Assembly: GCA_951406725.2 (NCBI GenBank)
Contig: OX597828.1
Coordinates: 49,352,001 to 49,416,000, forward strand
DNA length: 64,000 nt
Direction: 5' to 3'
Source of the DNA: Octopus vulgaris
Lineage: Eukaryota
Translations under genes and position numbers: made by a program
Notes under the pieces: generated by a model
Told to the model about the DNA's origin: nothing
What the model saw: the letters and a program-made list of their open reading frames with translations, nothing else
Databases searched by the model: none
In this document: positions 25,298-38,198 of the stretch, one piece after another
How positions within the stretch are numbered: position 1 is the stretch's first letter
Layout of the letters: each line of letters opens with the position of its first letter

Positions 25298-26259
25298 TAT
25301 ATATATATATATGAAGCAAAATGAAGTAATAATAGATTTGGCTGTCTAACAGCAGTATTTATTGTAGCTCGTTAAAATTGGTAATTCCCTTCCTCTCTCT
25401 CTTTCTCACTTTCTCTGATAATTAAAATAAAGACATTGATGTGTGTTGTCACCACCCTCCATACCACCACCACCACTTTCACCAAGTGTAAACAGAAGCT
25501 AGTGTTTCATCAACTGGCATCACCTCCACCACCCCAGCCAACCTCTGACATTCCCACACCATCCACCCATATGTGTTTATATGCACCCACCCAGTACAGG
25601 AGGACGTTAACCAACATCTACTGGGAAATACCCCCCCTCTCCCCTATCTCTCTATACCTACTTTCCTACACCACCCACCCTCGAATGTACCCATGTACCC
25701 AACCAGTACAGTTGACACTAATTAACATTTACTGCTCTCTCCTCCTCCATCTTGACAGAATTTTCAAACTTCTTGCTGTACACACACACACACACACACA
25801 TTCTACTTTGGCAAAGTAGGATCAATAACCAATCATTAGAACTCAATATATTACTTATAATGGACTTACAAAGCTGTAGACTCTTATACAAACCAGAAGA
25901 TAGGTACAGAGCATACACATTAATTAATTAATTAATTAATCAACCAATCAGTCAATGGCTACACAACCACCTTCATCAACTTACAGCTGTTTTGGGTATA
26001 AGGGAACTGTCTACCCAGACTTGAGTGCCAATCTTAGAGCTAGTCAGATCCTTAAGATAAAATGTACCTTTGAGGAAAACATATACATATACATGTATAT
26101 ATATATATCAATTGCTGGTAGGGACTTGTGTTAATATGTACATACCAGTTGCCAGAAAAGTGTTTAATATGTAAATTGCTATATCCAATAGTGTTACACT
26201 ACTAAGACTTAGTGGATATTTAAGCACTGAGTTTATGGATGGTTAATAGGCTGAATGCT

Positions 26260-26302
26260 GCACTGAAGAAGGAGCAATAAGTCCAGAAATGTGTATATAT
26301 GC
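26260..26302 (+). ncRNA. Decayed hammerhead-like motif in a TA-flanked segment
   Basis: gca-CTGAAGA-a gga gcaataag tcc a-GAAA-tgtgtata-TA-tgc; stems of only about 3 bp. Confidence 0.4.
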
Positions 26303-26490
26303 CCACAACCCATTTTTCTATCCTTGATCACATCATTTACATAGACATATTCATATCCAAAACATCACAACTTTCATTGCTGGCCCTGAACTCTATAGAA
26401 AATCTGCAGAGATAGCTTGAAAGGGTTATATAACTTGACCTTCCGTGTCTCTTTTCGTTCATTTGCTTATTACTCTACATGTTTGACTTG

Positions 26491-26537
<47 letters not shown>

Positions 26538-27120
26538 CCAACCATATGGTCATGGGTTCAGTCCTTCTAAAACATTAAATTTGTAGAAGACAAATGTCTT
26601 CTATTATAGCACTCAGACTAACCAGAACCTTGAGTGGGTTTAGATGACGGAAACTGAAAGAAGCCTGTCATATATATTTATGTGTATGTATGTTACTGTC
26701 TCCTTGCCTTGACTTCATTTGATAGCTGTGGATGCTACATGATAATTATGAGATCATACAGAAACCAGAAGTTGTATTGAAAACATTTAATGTTTTAGTA
26801 AAGTACTCTACTGTCATTAATTCCTATCTCACTGTGTGTGTGTGTGTTTGGGAGGTGGCAGAGAGGAACAGAGGAGGAGAGAAGGGGACAGAGAGAGAGA
26901 GAGCCTGTGGGTGTGCATGCACATATGAATATCTGATATACTGTCTACTTCACATGGAAACTGGTAGTCTATAAGAATTAAAGTTTGTTGTTATTTTCTT
27001 GTTAACAAATAGTCCATTGGTTCTGCACTTTCAAAGACCTGAAGAGTAAGAGATTCCTTACTTGAAAAAGAGGTAAAGACTACTGAGAATAAGTGCATCC
27101 AGTTGTAAAATAATGCTTCA

Positions 27121-27162
<42 letters not shown>

Positions 27163-27622
27163 TCTAATCCAATCCATTCTGGCACAAAAAATGTGGACAT
27201 AAAGAACACAAATAAATGAACATTGCAAATAGGAGGTGACAAGTGTCTCAATATCCCAACATGCCAATACAGATGGGAATTAATTGGGTAAAAATATAAA
27301 GAAATAATTAGATGGCATGTCATTCCACAGAGTTTCGCTTTAAGATATTAATTTTCATTAATTATTGTACAATTAAGAAGTTCACTTTACAACTATGTCA
27401 ATTTGAACTTCAGGTTCAATCCCATTGCATGGCACTTTGGGCAAGTGTCTTCTACAATAACCCCACTTTGTTGACCAATGCCCAGTAATAATAATGTTGG
27501 TGTTTGGAATATAAATTAATGTGAAATTTTGATGGAATTTTTAACTTTAGACGACTGTAAAACAAGAAATGTGTGTTGAAGAACCCGGAGATTCCAACCT
27601 AAGGGGTTTGGTATCAAAAGGT

Positions 27623-27852
27623 TTAACCCTTTCATTACTGTATTTATTTTGAGATGCTCTGTGTTTCTTTCAATTAATTTTAAATATAACAAAGAATTTA
27701 GTAAAATAACTTAGCTATCTTTCAGTTAGTGTTAGGAATATAAATTGTGACTTAGTTTTGATGGAAGATTTTAATTCAGAACTTATGAAAACAAGACATT
27801 TGTACTACTGAGCCAGAGCCGGTTTCAGTCGGGTTGGTAACGAAAGGGTTAA
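27623..27852 (+). mobile_element. piggyBac-type MITE family 2
   Basis: Same TIRs and TTAA flanks. Confidence 0.9.
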
Positions 27853-28164
27853 ATTAATAAACCTCGTAAAGATAACTAGTCACCGGAAAGAAGATAGGAC
27901 TTGGACTACCATCTGTGAAGCAGTGATACATGATATGTAGAAACAGGATAGGTAGACCCCCACTCCCCTAACAAACCATACACACGCATACACATGGCAT
28001 ACAAGAAAAGCAAAGGCTACATAAGAGGTACAGTGAGGATCAAAATTAAGCTGAAAGAAAAGGAAGATTTTGTAGTAATTAACTGCAGAGGAGTAATTAG
28101 CATTCAGAATACACATGAAATAAATTATTTCATATACCTGGTAGGAGCCTTGAAAGAAATTGGT

Positions 28165-28380
28165 TTCAGATTTTTTTGCACAAGGCCTGCAATTTGGGGA
28201 GAAGGGGTAAGTTGATTACATCAACCTCAGTATTTGACTGGTACTTAATTTATGAACTCCAAAAGGTTGAAAGACAAAGTTGACTTCTCTGGATTTTGAA
28301 CTCAGAACATAAAGACAGACAAAGTGCCGCTAAGCATTTTTTCCCAGCATGCTAACAATGCTTCCAGCTCACTGCCTTAG
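28165..28380 (-). mobile_element. SINE family B, diverged
   Basis: Family match. Confidence 0.75.
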
Positions 28381-28417
28381 ATCCCTAAAAGAAATTGATA
28401 GCTTCTATTCGTTAGGG

Positions 28418-28558
28418 CAGTGGTTCCCAACCTGTGGTCCGTAAAGATGAACGTTAAGCTAACAGAAAGCTGACAGACCTTTCAATAGCCCTGAGGTCTG
28501 TGGGAAAACTCATTTAAACAAACAGGATCCTTGGTGGTGAAAAGGTTGCGAAGCACTG
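28418..28558. mobile_element. hAT (Charlie-like) MITE
   Basis: TIRs cagtggttcccaacct / aggttgcgaagcactg (14/16); 8-bp flanks cgttaggg / cattagag (6/8). Confidence 0.7.
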
Positions 28559-28923
28559 CATTAGAGGATTGTAATTAGCTGAGGAGGAAGTATTTTGAAA
28601 GCAGCCAAAGAAAGGCCTGGGTGGAAATCTTCATGGAACTAATTTAACTCCACTGATAATGAAAGGACTATCTCTTTGGGTTAAGGGCAGATTTTACAAT
28701 GTGTTTATACGAAGCATGATATTGTATGGTAGTGAAACATGGGTACTGAATGCAGAGGAGGTGTGAAAACTTGCAAAGAAAAGCCACAGGTATTGTTTGC
28801 TGGAACTGTTACTTTGGTGTAAATGAAGGATGGAACAGAAATGAACTGGCAGACAATTGAGGAAAAGAGGAATTAACTGCAGTGTGCAAGGGAGAAGATA
28901 GAGGTAGGATAGATATGGGAAAT

Positions 28924-29156
28924 GGTGGCAAGCTGGCAGAAACGTTAGCACGCCGGGCGAAATGTTTAGCAGTATTTCGTTTGCCATTATGTTCTGAGTT
29001 CAAATTCCGCCGAGGTCAACTTAGCTTTTCATCCTTTCAGGGTCGATAAATTAAGTACCAGTTACGCACTGGGGGCGATGTAATCGACTTAATCCCTTTG
29101 TCTGTCCTTGTTTGTCCCCTCTATGTTTAGCCCCTTGTGGGCAATAAAGAAATAAG
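28924..29156 (+). mobile_element. SINE family B, full length
   Basis: Family match including gtttagccccttgtgggcaataaagaaataag tail. Confidence 0.9.
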
Positions 29157-30837
29157 ATATTGGGATGCCTATGGAGAATGACAGCCGAATAAAGAAGTAC
29201 CAAGATGTTCAAGAGAAAAGGAACTTGAAAAACAGGGAGACCAAAGAAGGCACTGGAAAAAGTGGTTGAAGCTGACCACTGGAAAATGAACTGGACAAAG
29301 ATGAAAGAATGAAACAAATGGCAAAAAGCTGCTCTGGAGAAGATCCATACAACTAATCTAAGCATGGGGGGAGAAAATGAATGTAAAATGTTGGTGATGG
29401 CCCTAGTAGTGGGTCTAATTATTTTTTATAATGTAGCTCTATTTCTGGGTTTATCTGTTGCTATATTATAGCCTGCTCACCTCCTCATGAGTTTGTCTAT
29501 TGACATAATGTAAGCTACATTAAGGAAATAAGGAAAATCTATGTGAAGAGTGACTTTCTATAATTGGAAGATTTGAGTTACAGCAGATGGTTATGGAAAG
29601 AGAATCCAGTTTGTGTTTCACACAGAGAAAGAGATTTGTGGCATTGAAACTGTAGATTAAATAATTCTTCAAGAGATTATTAGCTTGGAATGTCACAGAT
29701 TGGAATAATATGAGAAGAGGAGGGGAGAGAGGAAAAGAGGAAGTGTGGGAGGGGGAGAAATGGAGTGAAGGAAAGAGAAAGAAACAGGAGAGACTGAAAG
29801 GAGAAGGGAAAAGAAAAGAGGATGTGAGGGAGAGAGGGGTAGAGAGAGGAAGGTGAGAGAAATGGTGAGAAATAGAGAAAAAAAAGAAGAGGTAAAGAGA
29901 GTGGAGAGAGAGAGAGAGAGAGAGTAAGAGAAAGAGACACTGAGAGAGTGAAAGAAAGTAAGAGAGAGAAATTTCATAATTTCCAAGATTCCAGGGACTC
30001 TCTTCTGGTTGAAGAGATGATGACCGATTCCAAGAGAATCCCGGATGCCAGATGGGATTGAACTCACGGTATTGAGAAGTCAAAGCCATAATCTAATGTA
30101 TTTAATCTGTTTAATTTCAGGCTAATTGCATTAGTTAATTAGGAGATTAACAGCGCAAGAGAAAGAAGGGGGTTCAAAGAGGTGGGGAGGTGGGGAAATG
30201 AACCAATTGGTCCCTAAAAACTGCCAATAATAGAGAAATAAGAATTAGTAGTGGTGGTGGTGGTGGTGATGGTAGTAGTAGTGGTGATGGTGGTGGTGGT
30301 GGTAGTAGTAGTAGTAGTGGTGATGGTATTGGTAGTAGATAGTTTCACAAGCTGGATAATATGTTAAAGACATTACAGTGTGTGTGATTTCGTGAGCGTG
30401 TACATGTGAGTGGATGTGTTTGTGTGAACATATGTACGTGTGTGAGGGTAAGAAAATGTGTAGATGTGTATAAGCTTATTAAGCATCTGTGATTGTGTAT
30501 GCGTGAGAACGTGTGAATATGCATGCACACGTGTGTGTGTGAGTGTGTAAAGCATGTGTCAGTATATGTGCATGTACGTTTGAACGTGCATATATATATA
30601 AATGTGTGTGTGAGCATGTCCAAGTCTACGCGTGCGTTTGTGTGTGTCTGTAAGATGTGTTAAGTACATGTGTGTCCCTCTCTAACTTCACGGTCGACTG
30701 GTTAGACCAAAACAGCCAGCAAAAGGATATACAGATTCCACTAAATAGAAAAACACATGTAACACTTCACATGCAAACAGTCAATATTTATAGAAACACC
30801 CCCTACACACACCTGTCCACTAAAAAATTATACTAAA

Positions 30838-31229
30838 CTAGCAGTATCGCCCGGCGTTGCTCGGGTTTGTAAGGGAAATAACTATATAAGCATTTTTAGA
30901 GATGTAAAGTATAATAGCCATCTCAATATGGCTAGCCACAAAGGTTACTGTAGCTTTTTACGTTCTGAGATTTAATAATACATTTTTAGAGAGTTATTTC
31001 CCTTATATAATAGCAAAAAAATGCATTAAAAATGGGAAAAAATTATGGTAAATTTTTTTTTAAATTGTAGACTCATCGTAGACGTGTGCTAATACCCAGA
31101 AGGGCTCGATATGAATCACGACTATAAGATACCCAGTTTTGATTACACTGCACCGCAAAATGTGGGAGCAGTTAGGAATCTAAATCGTAGGAGACAGACA
31201 GCACACAACCTCTCTTTTATATATAAAGA
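30838..31229 (-). mobile_element. Non-autonomous Helitron
   Basis: Minus strand A|TCTTTATATATAAAAG ... hairpin cccgagcaacgccggg, 8 nt, CTAG|T; inserted between A and T with no TSD. Confidence 0.85.
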
Positions 31230-31249
31230 TTAATACTAATTTCATTTAC

Positions 31250-31652
31250 TACGTTCTGAGTTCAAATTCCACTGGGTCGAACTATGCCTTTCATCCTTTT
31301 GGGGTCAATAAATTAGGTACCAGTGGAAAGACTGGGGTTGATGTAATCGACTAGTCTCCTCCCCACAAGTTTCAGGCTTTGTGTCTTTAGCAGAAACGAT
31401 TATTATTATTATAAGGCGGCGAGCTGACAGAATCATTTGCACACAGGACAAAATGCCTGGTAGTATTTCATCCTCCACTACATTTCTGAGCTGAAATTCC
31501 ACCAAGATCGACTTTGCTTTTCATCTTTCGGGCTCAATAAATTAAGTACCAGTTGTGCACTGGGGTCAATCTAATCGACCGGCCCCATCCTCCAAAACTT
31601 CAGGACTTGTGCCTATAGTAGAAAGGATTATTATTATTATTATTATTATTAT
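31250..31652 (+). mobile_element. Two tandem SINE family B copies with (TTA)n tails
   Basis: Family match. Confidence 0.85.
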
Positions 31653-33459
31653 TATCCCTTTAGTATTCATATTATTCCATCAAAAGTAATGCATTTTTAT
31701 TCTCATGGGCGCAGGAGTGGCTATGGTAGGATTGGAGTAAATATAGGCTGTTGTAGAGACTAGATGACAGTGTGATGCAGATGAGAAATAAACTGCTCCT
31801 GGTTAGGACGCCAGTCTACAATTATTATACTTAGATGACCAGGTATACTCAGGCCTATTCCCCTGCCCTCAACAAACAACCACTAGCTTTTAATTTAAAC
31901 CTATGAACTTTGACCTAGTTAACAAAACAAAGGAAAGCTAAAAGGTCAAATGAACCAATACAAATACAACAATACATTATTTAACCCCAGGTAGACCACA
32001 ACTGGGCAGACATGATCAAAGATGTTCCATAACCATGAATCACACTATCTTTTTGGTATCTGGGCTTACAACATTCAATGTGCTCTTTGTTTTAAGATAA
32101 TGGGAAATGATTTGAAGCAATTTAGCTGCTCTTTTTAAGGATCCCTCTTTGGCTGATGTCTTGTGTAGAGAACTGGTCCTCTGGAGAGAACAACAGGTTA
32201 CTACAAAGTACAGAAGACGCAACAGTGTACAAGAAGCATAAAAACCAAGGGATTTCGACAGTGAGACCAATTCGAAAGAAATAGCAGCTAAATCTCCATA
32301 TCTTACTTTACTATGTAAAAGGGAAAAAAAAAGGAAAGCTACATTGGATAAGTTAGAATAAAAGACATGATGGTCGCAAATGGAATGTCGCCGATCCTAA
32401 ATCTACTTGAAGAGGACTCAACCCAGAGCTAAACAACTACAGTAATTATATAACATATTATATAGGCACAGACATGGCTATGGGATAAGAAGCTCACTTC
32501 CTAACCACATGGTTCCGAGTTCAATCTCACTACACGGCACCTTGAACAAGTGTCTCTTACTATAGCCTAGAGCCAACCAAAGCCTTGTGGGTGGATTTTG
32601 GTAAATTTTTACATAGGAAGCACTCATGCCAGTGCTAAGTAAATGCACCTGTAAAATGGTTGGTGGTAGGAAGGACACCATGTCAAAACAAACAATTGGA
32701 GTCTGGACAGCTTGCCAAGCGGGCCAGCTCCTGACAAACCATCCAACCCATGCCAGCATAGAAAATGGACATTAAACGATGATGATGATGGACTATAACA
32801 GGAGTGGGCTGAAAACATGGCCCTGATATACACCTACTTGCATGCTAAATTTCTTGAGCATGGTACTAGGTCAACAGCATAGAGGAAGTCCTTATGTACA
32901 GCTGGCCTTACACTCCTGTTTATAATCTGGAGAACTATCAACAGGAGTGGACTGAGACCAGAACCTTGACGAACGCCTAAATTCTCCATTGCGCTCATAA
33001 CTAATTCACGACTTATTCACAGCATTTCTCTGCATGGCTGGCATGACTTTGTCAAGCCATTAACCAACAATGAGTTTTCTCAGCAACCACTGGACCACAG
33101 GGCCCAGAACACTATCAAGGGCCACCTTCTTCCAAATTAACAAATGCTAATTAAAAGATCAACAACACCAAGAACATCAACACAAAATAAGGAAGTGTAT
33201 ATGGTGACAAGTTAAATAGCAGATCTACTTTAATGTTTGGCAATAATGATATTGCTAGAGTCAATATTTTAGCAAATACATTTGAAATGATACATGGGTG
33301 TGTGTGTGTGTGTGTGTGTGTAATGATATCGATGTCAGGGGTGGTGGGAAGAGAATGTATTTCTTTAAATATTGAAATGAAAACTGCCTTTAGGTTCATT
33401 CTCATTCAGGCACAGAAAAGAGAGGTAGTTATATACAGCAGTAGTATGGGTGTGCACAT

Positions 33460-33470
33460 GTATATATGCA

Positions 33471-33510
<40 letters not shown>

Positions 33511-33554
33511 TATATATGCATGTGTGTACATATATATTTATATGTATGTGTGTG

Positions 33555-33587
<33 letters not shown>

Positions 33588-33630
33588 ATATATATGTGTG
33601 TGTATGTATGTATATATATGTGTGTGTATG

Positions 33631-33668
<38 letters not shown>

Positions 33669-33720
33669 CGTGTGTGTATATGTGTATGTATGTATATGTG
33701 TGTGTATGTATATATGTATA

Positions 33721-33767
<47 letters not shown>

Positions 33768-33781
33768 ATGATGTATATATA

Positions 33782-33822
<41 letters not shown>

Positions 33823-33877
33823 GTGTGCGTGTGTGTATATGTGTATGTATGTATATGTGTGTGTATGTATATATGTA

Positions 33878-33910
<33 letters not shown>

Positions 33911-33918
33911 GTGTGTGT

Positions 33919-33953
<35 letters not shown>

Positions 33954-33955
33954 AG
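33460..33955. repeat. Compound (TG)n/(TA)n microsatellite with higher-order duplication
   Basis: Block atgtgtgcgtgtgtgtatatgtgtatgtatg recurs at about 33662 and 33821. Confidence 0.9.
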
Positions 33956-34356
33956 CATGTGTGTAAGTGTGGCAGTGGGTATAAATATATGTACATGTGG
34001 GTAGGACGTGGATGCATGTTGTGTGAATGTGCATGTATACATGTGCATGTACGTTTGTGTGTGTGTGTGTGTGTGAAGAACAAGGTGTGTGTGTGTGTGT
34101 TACTGAGTGAGAGAGTTGCTAATTAAAAACAAAAAAAAAAAGGAACAACAACCAGTTAACAGAGCTTTAAGTATTTCCTTTAAAAGAATCCAAGAGAGAT
34201 GATGATGATTTATGATAAATTCGAGAAGGTGGGAGGGGTGTTGAAAGCGAGAGTTTTGCGGGGTGGAGTGGGGGGGGGTACATATTGAATAACCCAAAAG
34301 ATATATTTTTTTTAATATAAAATAAATCAGGGGAAAAAAAAAAAATCTTAATTACA

Positions 34357-34513
34357 TGCAGTGGCTGTGTGGTAAGTAGCTTGCTAACCAACCACATGGT
34401 TCCAGGTTCAGTCCCACTGCGTGGCACCTTGGGCAAGTGTCTTCTGCTATAGCCCCGGGCCGACCAATGCCTTGTGAGTTGATTTGGTAGACGGAAACTG
34501 TAAGAAGCCTGTC

Positions 34514-34559
<46 letters not shown>

Positions 34560-34783
34560 ATGTATGTGTTTGTGTGTCTGTGTTTGTCCCCCTAGCATTG
34601 CTTGACAACCGATGCTGGTGTGTTTACGTCCCCGTCACTTAGCGGTTCGGCAAAAGAGACCGATAGAATAAGTACTGGGCTTACAAAGAATAAGTCCCGG
34701 GGCCGATTTGCTCGACTAAAGGCGGTGCTCCAGCATGGCCGCAGTCAAATGACTGAAACAAGTAAAAGAGTAAAAGAGAGAGT
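34357..34783 (+). mobile_element. SINE family A flanked by ~165-bp direct duplication
   Basis: Near-consensus copy; flanks 34192-34356 and 34784-34950 are copies of each other. Confidence 0.9.
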
Positions 34784-36086
34784 AAGAGAGATGATGATGA
34801 TGATGATGATAAATTCGAGAAGGTGGGAGGGGTATTGAAAGCAAGAGTTTTGTGGGGTGGAGTGGGCGAGGGTACATATTGAATAACCCAAAAGATATAT
34901 TTTTTTAATATAAAATAAATCAGGGGGGAAAAAAAACAAACATAATTACAAGTATACAACAAACAAACAAACAAGCAAGCAAACGGTGTCTAGTTGCGGT
35001 ATTTATTGGAACGGTGGAGCCAGGGCAGAGAATTCTGGCAATGGTGAAGTATTCAATGAAAGGAAGTGAGTGGAATTATGAGCTGAGAACACAAGTGTAC
35101 TGGGGGGGGGGTGGAAGCGGGGGTGGCGATGGGTTGTTAGTGGTTCCAAGTTAATTAGATCAGTTGGGTGTATAGACTTTATACACTTACCAGGCTTTAT
35201 TTATAGTCAAGATATATTATACACACTGGATAGAATAACATGAACGTAGCAGCAGAGAGAACAGTTATCAAAATATATGAAACAGAGTGGGGAGGTGTTC
35301 CTTTGTGTGTGTGTACGCATGTTAATTTGTGTATATGTGTTAGTGTGTGTGTGTTTGTGTTAATTTGTGTATATTTGTTAAGGTGTGTATGTGTTAATTC
35401 TTGTGTAAATTCGAGTGTATATATGAATATGTGTATGAGCATAAGTGTAAGAGTGTGTGAGCATGTATGAGTACAAGTGTGTATACATGTGTGTATATGA
35501 GTGTACGCGTGTATATGAGAGTGCGTGCTTATATGGGAGTGTGCATGTATGAGAGGATGCGTGTATATGAGTGTGCGTGTATATGAGTGTGTGTGAGTGT
35601 GCACATATGAATGTGTGTAACAATTTGTGTGTGCGTATATTGTGTTAATTTGCACATGTGTGCTTGTGTGTTGTTGGTTAGCTCAAGGTCAGTTCCTGAT
35701 CAAGCAGACCTATAGCCAAAGATTTTCCAACCATGACCACCCCATCTATTTTTCAAACACAATCTTACATAGGGCAACCTTAAACAATGTGTTAACCCTT
35801 TATCTGAAACAAAAGACTGTGATGTAACAGGCCCCACCCAACTATGCAGTTAAATTTGCAGAACCCTTCAGCCAGGGGTCCAAATTTGAACCACACCAAA
35901 ATTTGGACCCACTCTCTTCATGAAGTCTCTGAAAGTCAACATGAATAAATAAAAAAAACTAAAAATTTTTTTGACCAAACAGTAATATAGTATGAATTAG
36001 TGACATTTATAGCTGTGTGGTTAAGATCTTCGTTTCACAACCACAAAGGTTCCAAGTTCAGCCCCACTGTACAATATCTTGGACAC

Positions 36087-36483
36087 TCTCTCTTTACTCT
36101 TTTACTTGTTTCAGTCATTTGACTGCGGCCATGCTGAAGCACCGCCTTTAATCGAGCAACTCGACCCCATGATTTATTCTTTGTAAGCCTAGTACTATTT
36201 CTATCGGTCTCTTTTGCCGAACCGCTAAGTTACGGGGACATAAACACACCAGCATCAGTTGTGAAGCAATGCTAGGGGGACTAACACAAACATACACGCA
36301 CACATATATATACATATATACGACGGGCTTCTTTCAGTTTCCGTCTACCAAATCCACTCACAAGGCTTTGGTCGGCCCGAGGCTATAGTAGAAAACACTT
36401 GCCCAAGTTGCCCCGCAGTGGGACTGAACCCGGAACCATGTGGTTGGTAAACAAGCTACTTACCACACAGCCACTCCTGTGCC
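36087..36483 (-). mobile_element. SINE family A nested antiparallel in an older SINE head
   Basis: Near-consensus copy; host head at about 36010-36085 resumes at about 36484. Confidence 0.9.
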
Positions 36484-36832
36484 AAGTGGCTTCTTTTATA
36501 CATCCAGACCAACCAATACTTTGTGAACAAATGTGGTAAATGGGAAGCTGTAGAAATATATCATCATCATCAAAAACAGTTTTCCATATTTGCATGGGTC
36601 AGACAGAATTCACTGCGGAAGATTTTCTACAGCTGGATGGCCCCCTCCCTGTCACCAACCCTCACCTGCTTCCTAGCAAGGTAATATTTCTCTGTAACAA
36701 GACATGTTTTTCACAAAAGATTCCAAACAGACATTAGTATGACACTTGTTTACAATCATTACACAATATCAAAGCATGGGTGAGTGGGTGGGTGGGTGGG
36801 TAGGTAGGTTGGTAGGCAGAAAGGTGGGTAGG

Positions 36833-36888
36833 TAGATAGATAGATAGAGAGAGAGTTAGATAGATAGATAGATAGATAGATAGAAGCG

Positions 36889-36929
<41 letters not shown>

Positions 36930-36955
36930 ACAGATAGACAGACAGACAGACAGAC

Positions 36956-37005
<50 letters not shown>

Positions 37006-37148
37006 GTAGATAGATAGATAGATAGATAGATAAGTAGATAGATAGATAGATAGGCAGACAGACAGATAGATAGATATAGATAGATAGATAGAAGTGGATG
37101 GATGGATGGACGGATGGATAGATAGATAGATAGACAGACAGACAGATA
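36833..37148. repeat. (GATA)n/(GACA)n/(GGAT)n tetranucleotide array
   Basis: Direct inspection. Confidence 0.95.
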
Positions 37149-37777
37149 AATGGAAGTGGATATATAAATGGAAGTGGATGGATAGATAGATATCATCATT
37201 GATAGATATCATCATTATCACCAAGGTGAAATATTGATAACTGTCGTTCTTGAATGGGATTAGGAGTTGTCGCACCTGTACATGATTTTCAGGTGTTTTA
37301 ACAACCAGTACTTTGAGAGTGTCATCCCCACCGCACTAAACCGCAGCGTACTGGTGAACAAGCAAAACATTGCGTGTGTACAGACAACAATGTTTGAAAA
37401 TCACAAGTGCTGCGTCTAATTGATAATTGAATTTAACCCTTCACCTGCATCGCCTTGGCAAGCCAGCAAATGGTTTTTCTTTCTTTTTTTTTTTTACACT
37501 ATTTGTATATAGTCACAGACTGATGATTTGATTCAGGTACATGATGCTGATACGCCACAAAAATAGCAAAATATTGATATCCATCACTTCTGAATGGGAT
37601 TAGGGGTGAGTTGTCTCACCTGTCTTCTGGCATTCGTGTTTTAACACCCAGTGCTTTGAGGGAATTGTCTCCACCCATGCTAAACCACAGTGTACAGGCA
37701 AACAAACAAAATGCAGACACTGAGTATATGTGTGATTGATAACACTTACAACACTAGCACTGCTTCTAATTCACAAC

Positions 37778-37832
<55 letters not shown>

Positions 37833-37833
37833 C

Positions 37834-37989
37834 GTGGAGTGGTTGGCGTTAGGAAGGGTATCCAGCTGTAGAAACACTGCCAGATCAGACTGGAGCCTGG
37901 TGCAGCCCCTGGCTTCCCAGACCCCGGTCGAACCGTCCAACCCGTGCTAGTGCGGAAAACGGACGTTAAACGATGATGATGATGATGAT
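37834..37989 (+). mobile_element. Family C repeat, 5'-truncated
   Basis: Near-consensus 3' 155 bp. Confidence 0.85.
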
Positions 37990-38155
37990 ATATATATATA
38001 TTCTAAATGCAAAGCCAGAAATCCGGAATCTGGAATTATCCAGCAATTTTTACTAGTTTTATTTTGTCTTTTTGTCTTCTCTCCTTAATGTGGTTTTAGA
38101 GTCAGATCCTGACTGCTATTTTCAGCATGGCAGTATCTCATAGATACTCCTAAGT

Positions 38156-38198
<43 letters not shown>

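Noticed and set aside
33233-34126. Long CVYI/HTYI-rich ORFs (also 23369-23737, 41888-42635, 58014-58497)
   Set aside because: Translations of TG/TA/CA microsatellites, which lack stop codons.
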